From Candidatus Kaiserbacteria bacterium CG10_big_fil_rev_8_21_14_0_10_47_16 (GTDB lineage Bacteria > Patescibacteriota > Minisyncoccia > Phycocordibacterales > UBA918): 64,000 nt of DNA. A program made the position numbers and the translations under genes. Shown piece by piece: positions 1 to 8,800 of the stretch. The stretch spans positions 12,049 through 76,048 of the forward strand of contig PFBI01000006.1 in the NCBI GenBank assembly GCA_002773395.1, in the 5' to 3' direction. Under the pieces are notes generated by a model. The model made no database searches. It was not told where the DNA came from and saw only the letters and a list, made by a program, of their open reading frames with translations. Positions within the stretch are counted from its first letter, which is position 1. Each line of letters opens with the position of its first letter.

Positions 1-794
1 TATAGGTCGTGGAGGAGCGCGATATCCGCTGGAGTGGCCCCTTGGTCTATTGAAAAGTCTTCATTACTTGAAGTGCCCCACTGCATTCCTCCTGCACCTA
101 CATAGTGCTTGAGCGTAGCAAGTACGGAAGGGGTGCCAGTATTTTTTGGGGCATTATTTTGAAGCCCACGTACATATGCCGCTCCGAGTCGGCCAACGAG
201 GGCTGGGTCATCAGAAAATGTCTCGTAGACTCTTCCCCAGCGAATATCTTGCGGCATGTCGAGCGTCGGTGAGAAGCTCCATGAGATATTGGTTGCTACC
301 AGTTCTTCTGCCGTCGCTCTTGCGACACGCTCAACAAGATCTACATCTCCCGTGGCACCGAGGCCAATGAAGTGCGGGAATATTGTTGCGCCAGGGATGT
401 TTCCGTGTCCATGGTTTGCATCAACACCATAGAGGATAGGAATACCGAGTCGTGATGTGCGAGATATGTCAGTAAATCCATTGACCATTGTCTGCCAGCC
501 AGCGACGGTATTATTCTCGGGATTACCTCCGCCACCGCTCAGTAACGCCCCAAGGCCGTAGGCGCGAATATCATCCGTCTCCGAAATACTATTTTTTTCA
601 ATAAGGGCCATTTGGCCTATTTTTTCTTGCAGCGTCATCTGCGCAAGAAGATCTTCCACACGTTCTGCCGTAGGAAGTGATGAATCTCGATAGCGATCAG
701 AATATGGCGGAAACTGATTTACCGATAAATAGACAAACATCAAAATATATACTGAAAAAAGTGCGAGGGAGAACCCAATAAGGAGGAGCCGGGT
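1..794 (-). CDS. glycoside hydrolase family 3 protein (BglX/NagZ-like), N-terminal part; the gene continues past the window start
   Basis: Minus-strand translation from ATG at 794 gives MVDDPAPPYWVLPRTFFSIYILMFVYL (signal anchor), then LTLQEKIGQM...GIPILYGVDANHGHGN...DIRWGRVYETFSDDPALVG, which are GH3 N-domain motifs. The frame stays open to position 1, so it is absent from the ORF track. Confidence 0.6.
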
Positions 795-884
795 CGTCGA
801 CCATTTTTTAAAGGAAGAATACACAATACTAAGTATACTCCATACAAAAAAGCCTACTCACACACCTGTTGCTTTCAGTACTGC

Positions 885-1781
885 TTATAAAAACTTTTCG
901 ATCTCCGTTAATACCTCATTTCCCTCCCCCTTCTTAAACCAGCGAATACTCTTATCGCGTTTGAGCCACGTCATCTGCCGCTTCGCAAATTTACGACTTT
1001 CGCTTTCAATCTTTTCACACATCTCTTCCTTACCTATTTTCTTTTGTAAAAATTGTGCAATGTAACGGTATTCAAGTCCGAGGGATTCCAACCGTTCGTA
1101 TGAAAGTCCGTTTTCGTGGAGATGCTCCACTTCTTCAATCATTCCCTCTTCAAGTCGGGTATAGAGACGCGTATGGATATTTTCGTGTAGTTTCTCTTTC
1201 TCTATATCAATACCAATAATAAACGCTTTGTACAGTTCTTCTTGTGTAGATTCAGGTACGCTACCGATTGCCTCTACAATCTCAAGTGCACGGATGAGTC
1301 GTACGGGATTGTCTTTATCAATGTCCGCCGCACGTCGCGGGTCCTGCTCTTCAAGAAGTGCAAAAAGTTCTTCAGTACTTTTTTCTTCCAAAGTCTTTCG
1401 AAGTTCTTGGTTTGGCGGTACTTCTGGAGTACTTACGCGTCCAAGAAGCGCATCAACATAGAAGAAACTACCGCCTGCGACAATCGGCAGCTTTCCTCGC
1501 GCAAGAATGTCTGCAATCGCAGTGCGACCGTCGCGCACAAAGTCAGTGACGTTGTATACGTCCTTCGGATCTGCAACATCAAGAAGGTGGTGCGGGACGC
1601 CGTCCATTTCTTCCTCAGTCACTTTGCCACTGCCAATATCGAGTCCTCTATATACTTGGCGAGAATCTGCAGAGATAACCTCACCGTTAAACTGCTTCGC
1701 CACTTCGATAGAAAGCGACGTCTTGCCCGAGGCAGTTGGCCCCACAATCACTACTATTTTTGGCTTGTTTTTGTCACTCAT
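885..1781 (-). CDS. miaA: tRNA dimethylallyltransferase
   Basis: P-loop GPTASGKT followed by ISADSRQVYRGLDIGSGK; 298 aa, typical MiaA layout. Confidence 0.9.
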   Translation of the reverse strand: MSDKNKPKIVVIVGPTASGKTSLSIEVAKQFNGEVISADSRQVYRGLDIGSGKVTEEEMDGVPHHLLDVADPKDVYNVTDFVRDGRTAIADILARGKLPIVAGGSFFYVDALLGRVSTPEVPPNQELRKTLEEKSTEELFALLEEQDPRRAADIDKDNPVRLIRALEIVEAIGSVPESTQEELYKAFIIGIDIEKEKLHENIHTRLYTRLEEGMIEEVEHLHENGLSYERLESLGLEYRYIAQFLQKKIGKEEMCEKIESESRKFAKRQMTWLKRDKSIRWFKKGEGNEVLTEIEKFL

Positions 1782-1875
1782 TGGAGGGACTATACCACAC
1801 TATTGCTGTTTGTACGGGTATCTGATAGTCTCCTAGCAGAAGAAGCCAAGGTGGCTTCAAAACAGGAGATTTAAG

Positions 1876-2565
1876 ATGGGATTTCGAGTTGTCACTCCGT
1901 CACCAGAAGCGGTTCTCGCCGCTTTATTTGAAGCGAGGGCAGTGGGATTCAAAAGGGGGAAGGCAATTCGTTTCAAACAAAAAATCCTTTCCCCAGGCGC
2001 GTATATCAATAACCGTGCATTGCCGTCCCATCGGAAAGAATGGGCGGTAGTGATTCGGGAGCTGCAGCGCGTTGCTGATATTCTTCATACCAAGCACGAG
2101 TATTCCGTCATTGCTTCGATTGCAACGGGCGCAATCGTTCATGGTGGAGTATTGGCGTGGGAAACTGGATTTCCTCATGTCATCGTCAAGGCTGAAGAAA
2201 AGACACATGGCCTCAGTGGTTTGATTGACGGCGATACGAGAGTTCTTGAAGGAGCACGCGTGCTCCTGATCGAGGACATGTCGTCGACCTTCAAGAGCAG
2301 TCTCGCAGCGATGCGTGCATTTGCTGAAAAAGGGGTGGGCGTTTCTTGCTCGCTGCTCATCAACACGTGGGGATTCCCGGAATTTCATGAAAATGTTGGG
2401 GATCACGATGTGGTCGCCCTCTGCTCGGGAAGCATGATCGTGGACTTCGCAGAGTCGAATCACATCATCGACGCTGAGTATGCAACACTCTTACGGAAGT
2501 GGATCGCAGATCCGTACGACGAGAGCTGGGTCAGTGACGAGTGGATTATTCCACCAAGGAAGTAG
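1876..2565 (+). CDS. orotate phosphoribosyltransferase-like protein (type I PRTase fold) with a degenerate PRPP motif
   Basis: Spacing of FKRGKAIRFKQ...SPGAYIN resembles the OPRT N-terminus; KAEEKTHGLSGLIDG flexible loop; VLLIEDMSSTFKSS sits where VLVVDDVITTGGS would be. Confidence 0.5.
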   Translation: MGFRVVTPSPEAVLAALFEARAVGFKRGKAIRFKQKILSPGAYINNRALPSHRKEWAVVIRELQRVADILHTKHEYSVIASIATGAIVHGGVLAWETGFPHVIVKAEEKTHGLSGLIDGDTRVLEGARVLLIEDMSSTFKSSLAAMRAFAEKGVGVSCSLLINTWGFPEFHENVGDHDVVALCSGSMIVDFAESNHIIDAEYATLLRKWIADPYDESWVSDEWIIPPRK

Positions 2566-2583
2566 TTCTCGAGCCAAATAAAG

Positions 2584-2617
2584 AAAACGGCCGGTGCGCA
2601 TGCGCACCGGCCTTTAT
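2584..2617. terminator. bidirectional intrinsic terminator (hairpin ggccggtgcgcatgcgcaccggcc)
   Basis: Perfect 24-nt palindrome flanked by A-rich and T-rich runs, lying between convergent genes. Confidence 0.6.
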
Positions 2618-2633
2618 AATTCCCCAGCTTCTT

Positions 2634-3371
2634 TTATCGAAGCTGCAGGAGATCGAGCATTTGTTCAACACGACCGCGTACATCGGGATGGTCGTTGACT
2701 CCGCGTCCGAAGACAAAGAAGTCAGTGCCTGCTCGCTGTGCCTCAGTTGGCGCGAGCGCATTCAGCGAGTTGCTGTCTGCCATTGCGTCAGAAGGCTTTA
2801 CGCCTGGGCACACAATACTCACTTGATCTCGTTGGTATGAAGGAATCCACCGAATATCTCGTGGAGCGCAGAGTAGCCCTTCTGCTTCCAGATATTCTGC
2901 GCGAACAAAGTAATCTTTCGCCGCACTTCGACGATCGTGATAGCCTTCCGCAACAAAGTCCGCGTCGCCCTTGTCGGTTGGAAGACCGAACGGCAGGACG
3001 AGTGCTGAAGGCAGCATGTTCTTGATGCCATCAAACGCGTGTCTTGTTACCCTGCTATCGATTGTAACGATCGCCGGTTCGTATCGCGCATAGACCAAAT
3101 ATTCGTTGAGGAGTGTATTGTCGGTACCTGAAGATTTCAAATCAAGCATGACGCGCACATTGCGACCCTTCAGATACTGCAATACTTCGGGGACACCACA
3201 GACGCGCGCAACCACCTCGACCTTCAGAAGGACGTTCAGCCCCTCTATTGCATCGCACAGTCCCCCAAGAAACTGGAAGACTTCGATTTTAGTTCGGTGT
3301 GCAGGCACTGCACCAAGTGGAAGGTCCGCAGAAAGAATGACCCGTTCCGTGAGATGTTGTAATTCGAGCAT
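2634..3371 (-). CDS. pyrF: orotidine 5'-phosphate decarboxylase (probable)
   Basis: ILSADLP (Asp of the ALD motif), MLDLKSSGTDNT resembling DLKxHDIPNT, and C-terminal FFVFGRGV (GR motif). It lies next to the pyrE-like gene. Confidence 0.55.
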   Translation of the reverse strand: MLELQHLTERVILSADLPLGAVPAHRTKIEVFQFLGGLCDAIEGLNVLLKVEVVARVCGVPEVLQYLKGRNVRVMLDLKSSGTDNTLLNEYLVYARYEPAIVTIDSRVTRHAFDGIKNMLPSALVLPFGLPTDKGDADFVAEGYHDRRSAAKDYFVRAEYLEAEGLLCAPRDIRWIPSYQRDQVSIVCPGVKPSDAMADSNSLNALAPTEAQRAGTDFFVFGRGVNDHPDVRGRVEQMLDLLQLR

Positions 3372-3422
3372 GGGGCTCCCCTGTTGAACTGTTTTTACTA
3401 CGATGATTATACAACAAAAATA

Positions 3423-3878
3423 CTATTTTGCAATATTTAGGATATGGTCGAAATGTTTCTTAGAGACTGGTTGTACGGAGAGTCGTTGTCCTTTTTGTAT
3501 GAGTGGCATACCGGTAAACGCAGGATCGTTTTTAATTTCTGCGAGTGTAATCGGGTGTTTAAATTTTTCCTTAAACTTCACGTCGACCACGTACCAACGC
3601 GGATTATCTCTCTTCGCTGTTTTATCAAAGTGATGATCTTTTGGGTCAAATTGAGTTGGGTCTGGATATGCGTCGCTTACCACTTCAGCGATGCCAAAGA
3701 CGCCGATTGGTTCGGTATTTGAGTGATAGAAAAGCACCAAATCCCCTTTCTCAATCGTGTCTCGTATCAGATTTCGTGCCTGGTAGTTGCGGACACCATC
3801 CCACAGTGTTTGCTTGTCGCGCTTTAAATCATCAATGGAATAGCTTTTTGGTTCGCTTTTCAGTAGCCAATATTTCAT
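3423..3878 (-). CDS. EVE (PUA-like) domain protein
   Basis: MKYWLLKSEPKSYSIDDL...WDGVRNYQARNLIRD is the EVE-domain signature. The listed 203-aa ORF has a spurious N-terminal extension; the start at MKYW (3878) avoids thrS. Confidence 0.7.
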   Translation of the reverse strand: MKYWLLKSEPKSYSIDDLKRDKQTLWDGVRNYQARNLIRDTIEKGDLVLFYHSNTEPIGVFGIAEVVSDAYPDPTQFDPKDHHFDKTAKRDNPRWYVVDVKFKEKFKHPITLAEIKNDPAFTGMPLIQKGQRLSVQPVSKKHFDHILNIAK

Positions 3879-3947
3879 ACGTCCATTATATCTTTTTCTC
3901 GGAAATATGTTATTTTTAGCTATTATACGGAGGTTAGCAGGAATTAT

Positions 3948-5705
3948 ATGAGTGAACAGATTTCTAACATTGAGAAAAAGCGTCATACACTCGCCCACCT
4001 TTTGGCGGCAGCGGTTTTGAAAGACTATCCGCACGCACTTCTCACGATCGGTCCTGCTATCGAGAATGGTTTCTATTACGATATTGATTTTTCTGCGGGC
4101 GCAGCGCCCGGAGACGACGATCTAAAAAGTATCCAAAAAAACATGAAGAAGCTGCTCTCTTCATGGAAGGAATTTACACACAAGGAAGTATCTGCTGCTG
4201 ATGCGCGTGAAGTATTTGCAGGAAATGACTTCAAGATTGAACTCATCAATGAGCTTGAGGAAAAAGGAGAAACAATCACACTTTATACGGTAGGCGACTT
4301 TACTGACCTTTGCCGAGGAGGACATTCGGAAACTCCGGCAACTGATATTGATGCCGATGCATTTAAACTCACCTCAATTGCGGGTGCATACTGGCGTGGG
4401 AGCGAAAAGAATCCAATGCTTACCCGTATCTACGGCGTCGCATTTGATACAAAGGAAGAACTTGCTGCGTACGAAACACAGCTTGAAGAAGCGAAGAAGC
4501 GTGATCATAAGAAGCTTGGAGGTGAACTTGGACTCTTTACTATTTCGCCGCTTATTGGCGCCGGCCTCCCACTCCTTCAACCAAAGGGTGCACTCATCCG
4601 TCGTGAGATTGAAGAGTATCTATGGGATCTACATAAAGATAAAGAATACGACCGCGTATGGACACCACATATTGCCCGAGAGGCGCTCTATGAGACAAGT
4701 GGTCACGCAGCTAAATTTGGTGACGAGCTTTTCCGTGTGAAAGGCAAAGAAGATGAGTTTATCCTCAAGCCAATGAACTGTCCGCATCACATGCAGATTT
4801 TTGCAGACAATCAATTCTCATATCGTGATATGCCGATACGATATTTTGAACCTGCCACCGTATACCGCGATGAAAAGAGCGGCCAGTTGGGAGGTCTTAC
4901 TCGCGTACGCGCTATTACACAAGATGATGGACACCTCTTCTGTCGTGTAGAACAAATTACCGAGGAAGTTTCAACGATCGTTGGTATCATTCGTGAGTTT
5001 TACGCGACGATGGGTATGCTTGAGGGTTACCATGTACAGCTTTCGGTACGTGATGGAGAAGATAAGTATTTAGGAAGTGACGCAGTATGGGAACGTGCTG
5101 AAAAGGCACTTGATGATGCTGCAAAGGCAAATAATCTTAACTATACGCGTGTTGAGGGCGAGGCGGCATTCTATGGACCAAAGCTTGACTTCATGTTCAC
5201 TGATGCAATCGGACGAGAGTGGCAACTTGCAACCATTCAGTGTGACTTCAATCTTCCTGAACGATTCAACCTTTCTTTTATTAATGAGAAAGGTGAAAAA
5301 GAGCAGCCAGTGGTTATCCACCGTGCAATCTCAGGTTCACTCGAGCGCTTTATGGGGGTCATGATTGAACATTTTGCAGGCAACTTCCCACTCTGGCTTT
5401 CACCGGAACAAATCACTATTATCCCTGTTTCTGATGCTCATAATGAGTACGCACAGCAGGTATACGATGGCCTCAAGGCTGTTGGTATCCGTGTATCATT
5501 CGATGATTCTAAAGAATCAATGGGTAAGAAGATACGGAATGCAAAGAAAGGTAAACTCCCCTACTTTGCAGTTATTGGAGATAAGGAAGTTGAAAATAAA
5601 ACAGTGACTCTTGAATCACGAAATGGTGAATCAAAAGAAATGACAACGTCAGAACTCGGTAACCATTTGCTTACTGAAATTGAAATGAAGGCATTGCCGA
5701 AGTAA
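3948..5705 (+). CDS. thrS: threonine--tRNA ligase (short form lacking the N-terminal TGS domain)
   Basis: HTLAHLLAAAV...GPAIENGFYYDIDF (editing domain), class II motifs, HRAISGSLERFMGVMIEHFAGNFPLWLSP. Confidence 0.9.
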   Translation: MSEQISNIEKKRHTLAHLLAAAVLKDYPHALLTIGPAIENGFYYDIDFSAGAAPGDDDLKSIQKNMKKLLSSWKEFTHKEVSAADAREVFAGNDFKIELINELEEKGETITLYTVGDFTDLCRGGHSETPATDIDADAFKLTSIAGAYWRGSEKNPMLTRIYGVAFDTKEELAAYETQLEEAKKRDHKKLGGELGLFTISPLIGAGLPLLQPKGALIRREIEEYLWDLHKDKEYDRVWTPHIAREALYETSGHAAKFGDELFRVKGKEDEFILKPMNCPHHMQIFADNQFSYRDMPIRYFEPATVYRDEKSGQLGGLTRVRAITQDDGHLFCRVEQITEEVSTIVGIIREFYATMGMLEGYHVQLSVRDGEDKYLGSDAVWERAEKALDDAAKANNLNYTRVEGEAAFYGPKLDFMFTDAIGREWQLATIQCDFNLPERFNLSFINEKGEKEQPVVIHRAISGSLERFMGVMIEHFAGNFPLWLSPEQITIIPVSDAHNEYAQQVYDGLKAVGIRVSFDDSKESMGKKIRNAKKGKLPYFAVIGDKEVENKTVTLESRNGESKEMTTSELGNHLLTEIEMKALPK

Positions 5706-5713
5706 GGGTTGGC

Positions 5714-5757
5714 GGGCACGAAAAAAGCCAGACGGATGTCTGGCTTTTTTCGTGCTC
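5714..5757. terminator. bidirectional intrinsic terminator; 18-bp perfect stem gcacgaaaaaagccagac/gtctggcttttttcgtgc
   Basis: Long perfect palindrome containing A and T tracts, placed between convergent thrS(+) and the large surface-protein gene(-). Confidence 0.7.
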
Positions 5758-5815
5758 ATTTGAGCGTTGCGGCGGGACTCACAATTATTACTGGAGACTT
5801 TCGGGTCCAGACAGC

Positions 5816-8800
5816 TTACGCTGTGAGAAGTGCTGCGAGGCGCTCTTTGTTGATTACCATCCAACCGTTTTCAGTTGGGAACATTGCCTTTGCCTTCGTG
5901 ATCACATGATCAAGCATGGTAAGACGTTGTTCAAGTGGTGCATCCTGATCAGCGACGTAACTGAGTGCGTCGGCTGAAAGAAGTACACGTGATGCATGTG
6001 CTCGATTTTCAATTGTCGATGCAGCATCCGCTACTTCTTCTTGCACCATTACCGGTGCTCCGGTAATCGGTTCTACTGCTGCAATCGGAAGATTAAACGG
6101 AATACTTGAGTCGGCCGTCACTTCAGAAGCAACCGTTGATGTGGCGACAGGGGTTGGAATATGCTGCGCTGCAGATACTCCTTTCCCTGCTGTTGCAAAA
6201 CGTCCTTTCTTCACTACGAAGAAGTATGCGATACCGACTCCCCATAGAGCGAGGAGTGCATAGAATACTGAGGTAAGGAATGGTCCTGCATCGAATCCTG
6301 TGTATGGCACACGTACGAGCTGTACGCCGGCCACGAGTGGATCCTGTGTTCGAACGGTTGTAACAACAACATTGTTATCATCATCAACACGTACCTCTAC
6401 ACGACAGGTGTCAGTGTCACCTTTCTTTCCGTACGCAGTAAGCGTATATTCAGTATCTTCGTCTGGTCGGACAGAAATACTGTCACGTTCAGGATCTTCG
6501 TTGTCTCCATTGTCGGTATCAACGAGAGTCTTTCCATGATCGTCACGAAGACGGATGTCCTCAGTGTCGTCATTGTCCCAACTGAGCGTAATACGATCGC
6601 CGTCGTTAATACGATCATCAGAGACTTCGAGATCACATCGTACGTTACCAGAATCCTTTACATTAACTGATGTTGAACAAGTCACGCTATCAGTATTGTT
6701 TGAAGCGGTAAGGCGGTATGTCTTATTGTCGTACGCGTAGAGTGTTACGGATCCATCTTGAGCAACGAGTCCAAGACCGTTGTCAATAGAAACGCGCGTT
6801 GCATCAGTTGTGTTCCATCGGAGTTCAAAGGAATCTCCCTCATCAACACTTGAAGGTGTTGCTGTAAAGTAATCACATGAGAGATTACTTTGCGGTGGGG
6901 TATCCTGCACGTTTACCGATGTTGAACACGTTACGGTATTCGTATTATTTGATGCAGTGAGTACGTATGTCTTACTGGCAGTACCGGTAAGGGTAACTGA
7001 ACCGTCAGCTGCAACGAGTCCAATACCATTGTTGATTGATACAGAGTTTGCATCAGTTGTGTTCCAGATAAGTTGGAATTGATTACCCTGTTGTACAGTC
7101 GATGGTGATGTGTAGAACTGGTCACAACTGAGTGAACTTTGTGGTGGCGTATTCTTAATCTTTACTGATGTTGAACATGATACCGTTCCCGTACTATTGG
7201 TTGCAGTAAGGGTGTAGGTCGTATCGTGATTTACTGCAAGAGATACTGATCCGTCCTGTGGGACGAGTCCTGTTCCTTGGTTGATTGAAACTTGCGTTGC
7301 GCCGGTTGTATTCCATGAAAGTTGGAATGCCTCACCTGCTTCAACGAAGCTTGGACTTGCTTGGAAGAAATCACATGAGAGTGGATTTTCAACTGGAATA
7401 TCTTGCACCTTTACGCTTGTTGTACATGAAACAATGCTTGACGCATTTGAGGCAGTAAGTACAAACGAGGTGTTCTTGGTTACGGTAAGCGCGATAGAAC
7501 CGTCCTTAGGAACAAGTCCAACACCGTTGTTAACAGTCACCTGTGTTGCCCCAGTTGTACCCCACGTAAGTTGGAAGGCTTCGCCAGAACCAACAGTACC
7601 AGGATTCGCTTGGAAGAAGTCACATGAAATCGGATTTTCCTCTGGGATGTCCTGTACTTTTATATTCGTCACACATGACACAATACTCGAACTGTTTGAA
7701 GCGGTGAGTACGAACGATGTATCGTTCGTCACGGTAAGAGCGATTGATCCATCTTGTGGCACAAGTCCGACACCATTATTGATGTTTACTTGTGTTGCAC
7801 CAGTCGTCCCCCACGTAAGTTGGAAGGCTTCGCCTTTCTTTACGATATTTGGATTCGCCTGAAAGAAATCACAAGAAATCGGTTCGTCTACAACTACCGT
7901 TTCAACTTTCACATTTGTCGTACATGACACGATGCTTGAGCTGTTTGACGCAGTGAGTACAAATGAAGTGTCTTGATTGACGGTAAGTGCAACCGATCCG
8001 TCCTGTGGTACAAGACCGATACCATTATTAATGGTTACCTGTGTACCACCAGTTGTACCCCACGTAAGTTGGAATGCCTCACCTTTCTTTACAATACTCG
8101 GGTTTGCTTGGAAGAAGTCACACGAGAGTGGGTTCTCGACAGGAATGTCTTGTACGTGCACGGTCGATGTACACGATACGATACTCGAAGCATTAGATGC
8201 GGTAAGCACGTACGTTTTGTCAGCTTGCACGGTAAGTGCAACCGATCCATCTGCTGGTACAAGACCAACACCGTTGTTGATGTTTACCTGTGTCGCTCCG
8301 GTCGTTGCCCACGTAAGTTGGAATGCTTCACCCTTTCCTACTGTTGAAGGATTCGCTTGGAAGAAATCACATGAGAGTGGATTTTCCTCTGGAATATCTT
8401 CTACATGTACCGTTGTCGTACACGACACAATACTTGAAGCATTTGATGCCGTAAGGATAAATGACTTATCAGCTTGCACTGAAAGTGCCACCGATCCGTT
8501 TTTCGGTACAAGACCAACACCGTTATTGATGTTTACCTGCGTCGCTCCGGTTGTTGCCCACGTAAGTTGGAATGCCTCACCTTTGCCTACAGTGCTTGGG
8601 TTTGCTTGGAAGAAGTCACATGAAAGTGGAGTTTCTACAGGAATATCCTGCACCTTCACATTTGTGGCACACGAAACCGTTCCCGTGCTATTCGATGCGG
8701 TAAGGATAAAGGACGTATCTTGATTTACAGAAAGCGCTGCCGAACCATTCTTTGGAACGAGGCCTACGCCGTTATTGATTGATACTGTGGTAGCACCTGT

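Noticed and set aside
1242-1874. 210-aa plus-strand ORF
   Set aside because: It lies entirely antisense to miaA, which has clear motifs.
7281-8723. Plus-strand ORFs 7281-7862 (193 aa), 7977-8723 (248 aa), 7973-8347 and others, with internally repetitive sequences
   Set aside because: They are antisense or alternate frames of the tandem 249-bp repeats of the surface-protein gene. Their periodicity mirrors the sense repeats, and they have no start context.
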